Below, piece after piece: positions 47,173 through 56,997 of a stretch of DNA of 64,000 nucleotides. The translations under genes and the position numbers were made by a program. This DNA is from an uncultured Candidatus Binatia bacterium (GTDB lineage: Bacteria; Desulfobacterota; Binatia; UBA9968; JAJDTQ01). The stretch covers positions 1,472,001-1,536,000 of the forward strand of contig OZ251459.1 in assembly GCA_965242525.1 (NCBI GenBank). Reading direction: 5' to 3'. The notes under the pieces are model-generated. The model was not told the DNA's origin. It searched no databases and worked only from the letters and a program-made list of their open reading frames with translations. The number at the start of each line of letters is the position of its first letter. Position 1 is the stretch's first letter.

Positions 47173-47637
47173 TTGGCCGCGGACTTCCACATACTCTCCC
47201 TGACCCTCCATACCGGACTCGCCGCCGCCCTGTGGCTCATCCTGCTGCCGGCCTTGCGGCAGGATTCCTTGCGGGAAAGCCGCGCGGATCTGCTGGCGCG
47301 CGTGCTGCAGGTATACAACCCGGCGCAGGTTGCGCTGCTGGGCGTGCTGACCTTGACCGGAGCGTCGCAGATCACCGACCTCAAGGCCCTCCACCGGGCC
47401 TCCTACGCCGCTGCGTTCGGCGACGCCCTGACCGTCAAGCTGCTCTTGGCCTTCTTCGTCGTCATGCTCGGGGTCTGGCAGTGCATGGGCATCGGCCACC
47501 GTTTCGTCCGGCTCCACGAGTCCCCGGAAGGCGTCGGCCACGAGGACACGGAGGCGGTCCTGCGCAGGCTGGACCGTTCCTCTGTGGTGGTCCTCGCGTT
47601 CCTGGCGGCTGCGGTGTTCGCCGGAATCTCCCTGTAG
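47173..47637 (+). CDS. Four-TM membrane protein (CopD/DUF4149-like)
   Basis: LTLHT, LTLTG and L.VKLLL patterns; 2 bp after the ferredoxin fusion; TTG start. Confidence 0.6.
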   Translation: MAADFHILSLTLHTGLAAALWLILLPALRQDSLRESRADLLARVLQVYNPAQVALLGVLTLTGASQITDLKALHRASYAAAFGDALTVKLLLAFFVVMLGVWQCMGIGHRFVRLHESPEGVGHEDTEAVLRRLDRSSVVVLAFLAAAVFAGISL

Positions 47638-47710
47638 CGGGCCGCAACCCGTATCCGCCGCCGGGGAGAGGGACGTTCGTATTGCCCAATCCCGCTGATA
47701 TATGCTATAA

Positions 47711-47838
47711 GAAATCCTGAACGATCGAGCCAGGGGCCATGAGCGCGTCCTTCGATTTCGCTTCGCTCAGGACGAACGGGGACGGGATCGTCAGGGTGAG
47801 GGCATCCACCCTGGATGTCTCGGTTGTTCAGAGGTTCC
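47711..47838 (+). mobile_element. MITE family A copy (128-bp form)
   Basis: Termini GAAATCCTGAACGATCG...CGGTTGTTCAGAGGTTCC with a core carrying a 5-nt deletion. Confidence 0.8.
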
Positions 47839-47942
47839 CGTAAACAGACGCCGTGAACATGGTTGCAGTAGCGCAAAAGAATCCGGCCATGCGTCGAAAT
47901 CGTCCGCTGGAACCCATTGCCAGGAGACCCCCCCCCCCCCCC

Positions 47943-48102
47943 CGTCATTCCCGCGAAGGCATGTCATCGCGGAAGCGGGGACGGGAATCCGCTTTCTTCA
48001 TCGCTCTCGTCGTACAAACATCTCCAGGTCGGATTCCCCTTCTCGGTCAACTCGATCCTCCATGCATGATTCCTCCGGATTCCCGCTTTCGCGGGAATGA
48101 CG
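47943..48102. repeat. Inverted pair of REP family B (left copy interrupted)
   Basis: CGTCATTCCCGCGAA..CGGGAATCC at 47943-47990 and GGATTCCCGCTTTCGCGGGAATGACG at 48077-48102. Confidence 0.8.
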
Positions 48103-48261
48103 GGTGGGCGTCTGCAGGAACGACGAAGTGGGCGTTCGTATCTCGGGAAACCCTGAACAATCGAGACACCCAGGATGGATTAGCGGTTCCCTCGATGGGT
48201 TGGGGAGGATCGACCCCGTTCGACCCCGGGCGCTCCGTATGAACCAGGAAGGAGACTTCAC

Positions 48262-50148
48262 ATGAGATCAACCGAAGACCGTTTCCATCCAAGGCGCTTC
48301 CGGAATTCGTGTGGGTTGCGACACTCCCCATCCCGAAATCCCGCTTCATGCAAAGGTCTCGGGACAATCCTCCCCGTTCGTCCCGAGCGTAGCGGAGCGA
48401 AGTCGAAGGACGCCCTCTTCGTCCTCGCAACCGTCCTCATGGTCGCGGCCCTCGCCGGCTGCGGGGGCGGCAGCAGCAGCAAGATGGCGGCGCTGCCCAT
48501 GCCTACCCCCATAGCGCTGCCTCAGGGCATCGTGCTGGAACCGGGCGCCATCTTGACCATCCCGGCAGGAACGAGCCGGCCCGTCGGACAGGCCGATGGC
48601 CTCAGGGCCGTCGCCAGTTGCCCCCAAGGCGGCGAAGACTGCGTCATCACCGGTGGCCCGGACGGCGCCGCCCAGTACACCGGCGGCACTCCCACCGTAG
48701 ATACCGTTCCCTATACCACCATCCAACTGCCCGAAGGCGACCTCATGCTGCCCGAGGATCCCATCACCATCCTTGCCGGCACCTCCTACATACTTCGCCA
48801 AACCTTCGACGCCAGGACCGAACTCAAATGCCCCGACGCCGGCCCGGACTGCGTCGTCTCCCTTGCCGAGAACGGCGCCGCCGAATCCACCGGCGGCGCC
48901 CCCACGGTCGTGACCTACACCACCCTGTACCTGCCCATTGGCCATACCCTGACCGAAGGCCCCATCCTTGCCGGTGAGAGCCGGCCGTTGGGCGGCTATT
49001 CCAAGGGCAGCAGCAATGTCCTCGTGTGCCCGGCCGACGGCCCGGACTGCGAGATCGTCCTTGGGAAGTACGACTTCGAATCCACCGGCGGCGCGCCCTA
49101 CGTCGAGACCACGGTCATCAACCAGATGGTCTGGCAGGCCAACAACGGCCCTGACGGGACTTCCGACGGAGCCCACGCCAGGGGCCTCGAAGGGAGGCTG
49201 ATCCGGGGCAGCAACCTCAACGTCACCAACCCCCTGCTCGGATCAGGGGGGAGCCAGCGGGCCCAAAGGCAGACAGCCGTGGTGAACAACACTCGGAACA
49301 TGGGATCGGATCCCATGCGGACGGTGACGCCCACCGCAAGCTGGGCCAGCAGCGACGCCGCGCCGACGCTGGGGTTGACCGTGTCGAGCACGGGGGCCAA
49401 CACCTTCTCGGTTGACGACGACAGTGATCTCCCCAGCCTTGGAACCGGTTGGAACGGCGCCGTGCTGCACAAAACCGTCCCCACCGGAAACACCGCGCAT
49501 GCCATCCTCTACTCGGACATCACGAAGCAACCTGCCGGGGGAAGCGCGGACACCTTCTACATAACCCTCGGAGTATGGCTGGTGATGCCCGACGACCCCG
49601 CCGCCGCCAGCACCTTCTACGACCTGGGGGCCTTCGCGCATGGCTCGTCGGGCCTGCTCAGCAGTGTGACCGGCTCAATCCACCCTATCACCGGCATGGC
49701 CACCTTCAGAGGTCCGGCAGCCGGTCTCTATTCCGCGGCTACCTACAGCGACTCGGGCGGCTCGCGCGCGCTGGAAACCGCAGAGGTCGGCTCCTTCACC
49801 GCAACCGCCACCATCAACGCGAACTTCGGCGGGGCTGGCTCCTTTTCAGGTGTCAGCGGAACCGTGACCGATTTCATGGAGAACGGCGAATCCCTCGGCA
49901 ATTGGAGAGTGAACCTCGACACTACGTCCAACAGCACCGCCGGCAGTCCGGGACTCTTCATAGGCCAGATTTCTGGCGGTCAAGCAGGCAGTCGTAGTCT
50001 GGGTACCGGAAACTGGGGAGTCGAGTTCTACCGGAGCGGGGCCAGCGGTCACCCGGACTTGGCCCTGGGGATTTTCACTGCCTCCACCCTCGGCCCCGCT
50101 GAAGATGCCCTGCACATCGTCGGCGCCTTCGGCGCAGAACGACAATGA
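48262..50148 (+). CDS. Putative surface lipoprotein with three Cys-pair repeats and a transferrin-binding-like C-terminal beta barrel
   Basis: RBS AGGAAGGAG; lipobox LAGC followed by GGGSSS; repeats CP.GG.DC..TGG.P; C-terminal ATFRG.AAGLY..GSFTA.ATINANF..GTVT.F..IVGAFGA. Confidence 0.75.
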   Translation: MRSTEDRFHPRRFRNSCGLRHSPSRNPASCKGLGTILPVRPERSGAKSKDALFVLATVLMVAALAGCGGGSSSKMAALPMPTPIALPQGIVLEPGAILTIPAGTSRPVGQADGLRAVASCPQGGEDCVITGGPDGAAQYTGGTPTVDTVPYTTIQLPEGDLMLPEDPITILAGTSYILRQTFDARTELKCPDAGPDCVVSLAENGAAESTGGAPTVVTYTTLYLPIGHTLTEGPILAGESRPLGGYSKGSSNVLVCPADGPDCEIVLGKYDFESTGGAPYVETTVINQMVWQANNGPDGTSDGAHARGLEGRLIRGSNLNVTNPLLGSGGSQRAQRQTAVVNNTRNMGSDPMRTVTPTASWASSDAAPTLGLTVSSTGANTFSVDDDSDLPSLGTGWNGAVLHKTVPTGNTAHAILYSDITKQPAGGSADTFYITLGVWLVMPDDPAAASTFYDLGAFAHGSSGLLSSVTGSIHPITGMATFRGPAAGLYSAATYSDSGGSRALETAEVGSFTATATINANFGGAGSFSGVSGTVTDFMENGESLGNWRVNLDTTSNSTAGSPGLFIGQISGGQAGSRSLGTGNWGVEFYRSGASGHPDLALGIFTASTLGPAEDALHIVGAFGAERQ

Positions 50149-50301
50149 AACCGCACGCTCCAGGCTTTCGGCCCCCCGAAAGCATGAAGCGCCCTCCCGC
50201 CCAACCCCAACTCGCCTGCCCCGGGTCCGGTGGCGGACCCGAGGCAAGCTCCCCGGTTGACAATCGGAAACCGAACGGCTATTCCCTCATGGGCGCCACG
50301 G

Positions 50302-50658
50302 ATGACTCCAGCCAGAGACAACAAGCCTCGAACGGCCAAGGCCGGGAAGGCGGCCCGCAGCAGCGGACAGGCCAAGGGCGCGGCCAAGGATCCCAGAACG
50401 GACGAGGTCGAGGACCAGGACCTTCCGGGCGACGCGGCCGGCCGGCTGAAGATCAAGCGGCAGTACGAAGACCTCCTGGGAATCCGCATCGAGAAGCTCA
50501 AGGGGCGCGTGCTCAACCGGGAAAAGATCAACAAGACCTTCGAAGGCATCTACTACATCTGCCACGAGTGCAGGAAGATCTGCCACAACCTGGACGAGGG
50601 GCTGGTCCAGGACGCCGAATCCCACCTCTGCTACTGCGGGGGCTGCCGCAAGAAGTGA
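50302..50658 (+). CDS. Small hypothetical protein with Cys-rich C-terminal (Zn-binding) motif; start uncertain
   Basis: Host-like codon usage; CHECRKIC..HLCYCGGC; upstream TTGACA-N17-TATTCC at 50257. Confidence 0.65.
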   Translation: MTPARDNKPRTAKAGKAARSSGQAKGAAKDPRTDEVEDQDLPGDAAGRLKIKRQYEDLLGIRIEKLKGRVLNREKINKTFEGIYYICHECRKICHNLDEGLVQDAESHLCYCGGCRKK

Positions 50659-50663
50659 CCCCG

Positions 50664-50773
50664 GGAAACTCCGAACAATTACTCCCGTTCGTCCTGAGCG
50701 TAGCGAAGCGAAGTCGAAGGACGCGCTTTCCCGCAGGGAGAGGGGGGCCAAGCCGGGATTGATCAGACGTTCA
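50664..50773 (-). mobile_element. MITE family A copy (110-bp form)
   Basis: Colinear with 5924-6033 and 62289-62398; core at 50684-50726; lies between convergent genes. Confidence 0.8.
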
Positions 50774-50784
50774 TTGGAGCGGCT

Positions 50785-51603
50785 TCACGGGCCCGGCTCG
50801 ATGCGCCGGGCCGCGGTGACGAAGCCCGTGTGCGCCACCATCCTGTGCTGCGGCCGGACGCTCATCTCCTTCACGCGCCAGTAGCGCACCAGGGTCTCCA
50901 TGGTGTCGATGCAGGCGAACCCGCCGTGCTCCTGCAGCGAATCCACGAAACCCTTCACCTGCAGCACGGTGGGCACGTAGCCCAGGAAGACCCCGCCGGG
51001 GCGCAGCGCGCGCCAGGCGCGTTCGGTCTGCCGCCAAGGCTCGGGGAGGTCGAGGAAGATCCGGTCCGCGCTCAGGTCCCGGAGCCCTTCGGACACGTCG
51101 CCCACCTCCAGCGTCCACTGGGGCGCGGGTCCGTAGTACCGGGCCACGTTCCGCTCCGCGGCCCGGGCGAACTCCTCCCGCAACTCGTAGGAGACCACCC
51201 GCCCCCCGGGTCCCACCGCCCGCAGCAACGCCAGCGTCAACGCCCCGGGGCCGACCCCCGCCTCCACCACCGTGGCCCCGGGATAGACGTCACCCCACAT
51301 GAGGATGAGCGCCAGGTCCTTGGGATAGATCACCTGGGCCTTGCGCGGCAGGTTGGGGATCAACCGCTCCAGGGTGGGCCGCAGCACCACGAAGCGCTCC
51401 TTCAGCGAAGAGCGCACGACCACGCCGTCGGCCTTGCCCAGCACGTCGTCCGCAGCGATGGCGCCGCCCCGGATGGAGATGGTCTCCCCGGCCCGAAGCG
51501 TCTTCAGGTACTCCCGGTCCTTGCGGTCGAAGAAGACCACAGACTCCCCGTCGCGGAGCGGCTCCCCCGTGGTCCGAAGGCCGTGGAACTCAGCCGAACT
51601 CAT
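50785..51603 (-). CDS. trmI: tRNA (adenine(58)-N1)-methyltransferase
   Basis: LPRKAQVIYPKD, VVEAGVGPGALT, SYELREEF, FLDLPEPW and RP.HRMVAHTGF motifs. Confidence 0.92.
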   Translation of the reverse strand: MSSAEFHGLRTTGEPLRDGESVVFFDRKDREYLKTLRAGETISIRGGAIAADDVLGKADGVVVRSSLKERFVVLRPTLERLIPNLPRKAQVIYPKDLALILMWGDVYPGATVVEAGVGPGALTLALLRAVGPGGRVVSYELREEFARAAERNVARYYGPAPQWTLEVGDVSEGLRDLSADRIFLDLPEPWRQTERAWRALRPGGVFLGYVPTVLQVKGFVDSLQEHGGFACIDTMETLVRYWRVKEMSVRPQHRMVAHTGFVTAARRIEPGP

Positions 51604-51641
51604 GATGGTGGTGTCAGGCAGAAAGAGGGGGCGCCCCGGAG

Positions 51642-51734
<93 letters not shown>

Positions 51735-51931
51735 ATGCTCATGCGGCGGCCTCCGGAAGCCGCCCTCCACAGGGCGTCCTCCGCAAGGGAGCCTGTCCGG
51801 ACAGTTTAGCATACCCGCGCAAGTTGGCGACTCCCGGGCGCGGGGCGGCGGAAAAAATCGCCGGAAGGACCCGGGGAAGCATGCATCAGGCGGCGGTGTC
51901 CCGTCCCCGCGGCCGCCCGGGGAAGCAAGCC

Positions 51932-52918
51932 TCAGGTGGCGATGTCCCTGGCCCAGCGGCGGTTGCGGCCGTACCACGCCGCCAACTCGCGCACCCCGCT
52001 CTCGAAGTCGGTCTCGGGCTTCCAGCCGAGCAGCCTCCGGGCCTTGGAGATGTCCGCCCAGGTGGCCTCCACGTCGGCGGGATGCCGCTCCTGATGCCGC
52101 ACCGCGGCGCTGCGGCCCACCGTCCGCTCGACCAAGCGGATGGCCTCGTTCAGGACCACGGGCTCGTCCGAGCCCAGGTTGATGACCTCGTATCCCCGCA
52201 CCGACACGAGGGCGGCGAGCACCCCGTTGGCCACGTCGTCCACGTAGGTGAAGTCCCGCTGCTGGCTTCCGTCGCCGAAGACGGTCACCTCCCGGCCCTC
52301 GCTGATCCACTGGACGAACCGGAAGAGGCTCATGTCCGGCCGGCCCGCAGGCCCATAGACGGTGAAGAAACGGAGCACCGCCAAGTCGAAGCCGTACAGG
52401 AAGTGGTAGCTGTAGCTCATGGCCTCCGCGGCCTTCTTGGATGCCGCGTACGGGGAGAGCGGGCGGCCGGTGTCGGCGTCCTCCCGGAAAGGGCGCGGGG
52501 CGTCGCCGCCGTAGAGGCTGGAGGTGGAGGCCAGCACGAACCTGCCCACCCCCAGGTTTCGGCAGAGCTCCAGCAGGTTCAGGTTCCCGGTCACGTTGGC
52601 GGCCACGCAGGTCCACGGGTCGGCCACCGAGGCGCGCACCCCGGCCCGGGCCGCCAAGTTGACGACGGCGTCGATCCCGCGGCCTCCGCCCAAGGACCGC
52701 CCGAAGGACTCCACCTCCTCCCGGTCGCTCACGTCCACTCGGTGGAACGCCCACCCGGGCCGCGCCTCCAGTTGCGCCAGACGCCACTCCTTGAGGCGCA
52801 CGTCGTAGGCCGCGTCGAGGTTGTCCACCGCGATGACGGAATCGCCGCGGGACAGGAGCCCTTCGCAAACCTTCCAGCCGATGAAGCCGCAGGCTCCGGC
52901 AACGATGACGGTTCCCAT
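51932..52918 (-). CDS. NAD-dependent epimerase (UDP-glucuronate 4-epimerase-like)
   Basis: GACGFIG, NLAARAGVR, YAASK and LRFFTVYGPAGRPDM motifs. Confidence 0.92.
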   Translation of the reverse strand: MGTVIVAGACGFIGWKVCEGLLSRGDSVIAVDNLDAAYDVRLKEWRLAQLEARPGWAFHRVDVSDREEVESFGRSLGGGRGIDAVVNLAARAGVRASVADPWTCVAANVTGNLNLLELCRNLGVGRFVLASTSSLYGGDAPRPFREDADTGRPLSPYAASKKAAEAMSYSYHFLYGFDLAVLRFFTVYGPAGRPDMSLFRFVQWISEGREVTVFGDGSQQRDFTYVDDVANGVLAALVSVRGYEVINLGSDEPVVLNEAIRLVERTVGRSAAVRHQERHPADVEATWADISKARRLLGWKPETDFESGVRELAAWYGRNRRWARDIAT

Positions 52919-53229
52919 GGGATTCGACCACGGGCGCCGGATCCCGGAATGCCGGGAGCCGACTCCCACAGCGACCGCCGCGCCGCCGGCGACTCCGCCG
53001 GACCCCGGAGCGCCGGGAGCCGACGCCGCGCGGACGGAGTCGGGGCGTTGGCCCGCGGCCCGGAGCGCGAGACGGGTTGAACAATCGTGACGCTATTGTT
53101 AGTCGGAACCTTGTTCCCAAGTCAAGGAACCCGGCGCGCCCGCGGCGCCTCCGGACCCCGCACGGAAGCGCCGCCGCGCAACGACGGGCCGGCAGCCGTG
53201 AACGGTGCGAAGGCAGGAGCGAGGCTTCC

Positions 53230-53682
53230 GTGAACGTGGTGCTCTTCGAACCGGAGATCCCTCCCAACACCGGCTCGGTGGCGCGCCTGTGCGCGGCCAC
53301 GCGAAGCCCGCTGCACCTGGTGGAGCCCCTGGGCTTCCGGTTGGACGACAAACACCTCAAGCGGGCGGGTCTGGACTACTGGCCCCACGTGGACCTGCGG
53401 GTGCACGGTTCGTGGGAACGGTTCATGGAGCGGCACGGCCGCGAGCGGTTGCATTACTTCTCCAGGAGGGCGGCGAGGTCCTACGTCTCGGCCCGGTTCC
53501 GGCGCGACGACTTCCTCGTGTTCGGCCCGGAGACCCGGGGGCTGCCTCCGCACATCCTGGACGCCAACGAGGCGCACAGCTACGTCATCCCCATGATGAG
53601 CCCCGCGGTGAGGAGCCTGAACCTCGCCAACGCGGTCTCCATCGTGCTCTACGAAGGGCTTCGCCAGCTCGGCCAACTCTAG
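53230..53682 (+). CDS. trmL: tRNA (cytidine(34)-2'-O)-methyltransferase
   Basis: LFEPEIPPNTG, LKRAGLDYW, FGPETRGLP and RSLNLAN motifs. Confidence 0.95.
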   Translation: MNVVLFEPEIPPNTGSVARLCAATRSPLHLVEPLGFRLDDKHLKRAGLDYWPHVDLRVHGSWERFMERHGRERLHYFSRRAARSYVSARFRRDDFLVFGPETRGLPPHILDANEAHSYVIPMMSPAVRSLNLANAVSIVLYEGLRQLGQL

Positions 53683-53825
53683 CCGCCCGCGGTCGCCCAT
53701 GCGCGCCCCCTTCGTGGGCACGGGCCGAAAAAGTCAAATCCGACGGGCGGTTGCGCCCGCGTTATTGACCCGGCCGCTCCCCGTGCTTTACTATAGGGAC
53801 CACACCAATCCTGGAGGAATTGCTT

Positions 53826-55061
53826 ATGAGTGTCCGCAAAGCTCGTCTCGTCTGGCTGGTGCTGGGCCTCCTGCCGGTCTTGCTGCTGCCGGTATCGGGG
53901 GTCTCGCACGAAACCGGGGAACCGGCGACCGCCCGCGAGTCGGACGTACCCGACGAGGAGAAGGAGCCGTTCGAGCTGATCATGGCCTACACCCACGTCA
54001 CCGTGGGGCCGGGCCAGGAATTCGAGATGGACGCCGAGGTCGTCAACCCGAGGAAGGCGACGGTGCAGGTGGCCATCGACGTGGGGTCGGCGCCCGAAGG
54101 GTGGACCGCGGGGTTCCATTCCCGGTATCCGAGCTACCCGGTGAAGGGCATCATGGTCCAGGGGGAGAAGTCCACCACCCTCGAACTCAAGGTCAAGCTC
54201 CCGGACGACGTGGAGCCGGGCAACTACGAAGTGGCGGTGACCGCCAGGGACGGCAAGGGGGAGAAGGTGGAGAACGCCAAGCTCTTCCTCAGCGTCTCGG
54301 CCGGGAAGGTGGATACCGGCGGGCTCAAGATGGAGAGCCAGTACCCGGTCCTGAGCGGCGCCAGCGGCCAGACCTTCAAGTTCGGAGTGGATCTCAAGAA
54401 CGAGACCGACAACCCCCTCACCACCGCCCTGGCCGCCCAGGCCCCTCCGGGCTGGGTGGTCAAGGTCAAGCCCCAGTTCGAGGACACCCAGATATCGTCC
54501 ATCGCCCTCAAGGAAGATTCGTCGGAGACCCTGAGCGTGGAGATCGAGCCGCCGCTGCTCGGCGACCCCGGTGACTACCCGGTGGTGGTCAGGGCGCGCT
54601 CGGGCGCTTTCACCGCCCAGGCCGACCTCCAGGTCACGCTGTCCGGCACCCGGGAACTCAACCTGGGCACGGCCACGGGCCGGCTCAACGGCTCGGTGAC
54701 CGCGGGCAAGCAGGGCCAGATCGACTTCCTGGTGGCCAACGCGGGCACCGCGCCCCTGAACAACCTCGCCTTCATCTCCAGCAAGCCCGACCAGTGGGAG
54801 GTCAACTTCAAGCCCGACAAGGTGGATTCCCTGAACCCGGGGGAGCTCCGCGAGGTGAAGATGGAGGTCACCGCTCCGGACCGGGCGGTGGCCGGGGACT
54901 ACGTGCTGACGGTCACCACCAACAGTCCGGACGTCAGCAAGTCCATCGACTTCAGGGTCACCGTGTCCACGCCGACCATCTGGGGATGGATCGGCGCGTT
55001 GATCGTGGCCGTGGTGGTGCTGGGGCTGGCGGCCGTCTTCATCCGGCTGGGACGGCGATGA
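53826..55061 (+). CDS. Membrane-anchored Ig-like (NEW3/NPCBM-associated) repeat protein of an ABC exporter operon
   Basis: Signal peptide, three P.GW/W...PG.Y-type beta-sandwich repeats, C-terminal TM ending GRR. Confidence 0.8.
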   Translation: MSVRKARLVWLVLGLLPVLLLPVSGVSHETGEPATARESDVPDEEKEPFELIMAYTHVTVGPGQEFEMDAEVVNPRKATVQVAIDVGSAPEGWTAGFHSRYPSYPVKGIMVQGEKSTTLELKVKLPDDVEPGNYEVAVTARDGKGEKVENAKLFLSVSAGKVDTGGLKMESQYPVLSGASGQTFKFGVDLKNETDNPLTTALAAQAPPGWVVKVKPQFEDTQISSIALKEDSSETLSVEIEPPLLGDPGDYPVVVRARSGAFTAQADLQVTLSGTRELNLGTATGRLNGSVTAGKQGQIDFLVANAGTAPLNNLAFISSKPDQWEVNFKPDKVDSLNPGELREVKMEVTAPDRAVAGDYVLTVTTNSPDVSKSIDFRVTVSTPTIWGWIGALIVAVVVLGLAAVFIRLGRR

Positions 55062-55990
55062 GCGGCCATATCATCGAAACCAGGAGCCTGACCAAGCGTT
55101 ACCGGGACAAGATCGCCGTGAGCGACCTCGACCTCGGGATCGCCCAAGGCGAAGTGTTCGGTTTCCTTGGTCCCAATGGCGCCGGCAAGACCACCACCAT
55201 CCTGATGCTGCTGGGATTGACCGAGCCCACCCACGGGGCCGCGTCGGTGTGCGGTTTCAACCCCACGACCCAGCCTTTGGAGGTCAAGCGGCGAGTCGGC
55301 TACCTGCCGGAGAACCCCGGTTTCTACGAAGACCTGACGGCCCGGGAAAACCTCGCCTACATCGCCAGGCTCAACCGCATCGAGGAGGGGAAGGTCCCCG
55401 GACTGCTGGACCGGGTGCTCGACCAGGTGGGACTCATGGGCGACGGGAACAGGCCGGTGCGGGAGTTCTCCCGGGGCATGAAGCAGAGGCTGGGCATCGG
55501 CGAAGTGCTGGTCAAGGATCCCGAGGTCATCGTCCTGGACGAGCCGACCCTCGGCATCGACCCGGACGGGGTCAACCGGCTCCTGGACCTCATCATCGAG
55601 CTCCGGCGCGAGGGCGGCCTCACGGTGCTGCTCTGCTCCCACCTGCTGCACCAGGTGCAGCGGGTGTGCCAGCGCATCGGCATCATCGTCCACGGCCGCA
55701 TGATCGTGCAGGGGAGCCCCGACGAGCTCGGCAAGGCCGTGCTCGAGGAACACCAATGGAACTTCCTGGTGGAGGTCCGGGGCGAGCACCCCATGGAGGA
55801 AGCCCTCGGGAAGCTGCCGGGGGTCGATCAATGCGAGAGGCGGGAGTCCGGATGGTTCATCCGGTGCACCCGTGACGTGAGGCCGGAACTCATGGAGCTG
55901 GTGAGGGAGAAGGGGCTGGACCTCTTGCAGCTTCGCGCCGAGGACCCCACCCTCGAAGAGATCTACCTCAAGTACTTCAGGGAGGCCTAG
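55058..55990 (+). CDS. ABC transporter ATP-binding protein
   Basis: GPNGAGKTT, FSRGMKQR, LDEP and SH motifs. Confidence 0.95.
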   Translation: MSGHIIETRSLTKRYRDKIAVSDLDLGIAQGEVFGFLGPNGAGKTTTILMLLGLTEPTHGAASVCGFNPTTQPLEVKRRVGYLPENPGFYEDLTARENLAYIARLNRIEEGKVPGLLDRVLDQVGLMGDGNRPVREFSRGMKQRLGIGEVLVKDPEVIVLDEPTLGIDPDGVNRLLDLIIELRREGGLTVLLCSHLLHQVQRVCQRIGIIVHGRMIVQGSPDELGKAVLEEHQWNFLVEVRGEHPMEEALGKLPGVDQCERRESGWFIRCTRDVRPELMELVREKGLDLLQLRAEDPTLEEIYLKYFREA

Positions 55991-55992
55991 CC

Positions 55993-56922
55993 ATGACGGT
56001 CGTGTATTGGAAAGAGCTCTCGGACCATTTCGGCAGCCTCCGGTTCATGATCCTCCTGGCCCTCATCATGCTGCCCGGGGTCCTGGCGGTCTATATCTCC
56101 GGGCAGGCCATCCGGCAGGAGGTCCAGGACAACCCGACGCAACTGGTGTTCCTCCAACTCCTCACCACCGAGGCATTCTTCTTCTCCCTCGCCACCTTCC
56201 TGGGATACTTCGGGCCGCTGGTGGGCATCACCCTCGGGTTCGACAGCATCAGCGGCGAGTACGGACGGGGGACCTTGAGCCGGGTGCTCTCGCAGCCCAT
56301 CTACCGGGACAGCCTCATCAACGGCAAGTTCCTGGCGGGCCTCACCACCCTGGCGATACTGTGGGTGTCCATCCTGCTGGTGGTGATCGGCCTCGGCATC
56401 AACCTCCTGGGCTTTCTGCCCAACGCCCAGGAGCTCTGGCGGATGCTCTTCTTCGCGGTGGTGGGGATCGCCTACACGGGCTTCTGGCTGGCCCTTGCCA
56501 TGGTGCTGTCCATGCTCCTCCGGCGCACCGTCACCGCGGCCCTGGCTTCCATCGCCCTGTGGCTCTTCCTCGGGATCTTCGTGGGCGTCCTCGCCAGCGT
56601 CGTGGCCGGACTCATGGTCCCGAACCCCGGGACCGCCGCGGAAACGGCCCGGCTCGCCACCATCGAGACCGTGCTGGGGCGCATGTCCCCGAGCGTGCTC
56701 TACAGCGAGTCGGTGCGCCTGCTGCTGAACCCGGTGGCGCGGACCCTGGTGCCGATCCTGCCGGAACAGCTCGAGCAACTCCGGGGGTTGATCGTCACCC
56801 CCCTCACCCTGGGCCAGAGCCTCCGGTTGATGCTGCCCATGTTCTTCACGCTGGTGGCGCTGGTGGCGGTGTGCTTCGGCATCGCCTACATCAAGTTCAT
56901 GCGAACCGAAATCCGCGCCTGA
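55993..56922 (+). CDS. ABC-2 type transporter permease
   Basis: WKELSDH, GFDSISGE..GTL..LSQPI.R..GKF; multiple TM segments. Confidence 0.92.
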   Translation: MTVVYWKELSDHFGSLRFMILLALIMLPGVLAVYISGQAIRQEVQDNPTQLVFLQLLTTEAFFFSLATFLGYFGPLVGITLGFDSISGEYGRGTLSRVLSQPIYRDSLINGKFLAGLTTLAILWVSILLVVIGLGINLLGFLPNAQELWRMLFFAVVGIAYTGFWLALAMVLSMLLRRTVTAALASIALWLFLGIFVGVLASVVAGLMVPNPGTAAETARLATIETVLGRMSPSVLYSESVRLLLNPVARTLVPILPEQLEQLRGLIVTPLTLGQSLRLMLPMFFTLVALVAVCFGIAYIKFMRTEIRA

Positions 56923-56940
56923 GGAAGGCGCGGCGAGGCC

Positions 56941-56978
56941 GGGGGTTTCCCGGAGCCGCGGGGTTCCGGGAAACCCCC
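56941..56978. terminator. GC-rich hairpin between convergent genes (probable bidirectional terminator)
   Basis: GGGGGTTTCCCGGA...TCCGGGAAACCCCC, 14-bp perfect stem; no clear U-tract. Confidence 0.55.
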
Positions 56979-56997
56979 GTAGCTCCGCGGGAGGGGA

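Noticed and set aside
47928-47943. Long poly-C tract as a phase-variation switch
   Set aside because: It is intergenic, abuts a REP-B copy, and is not in an evident promoter or CDS; homopolymer length may also be a sequencing error.
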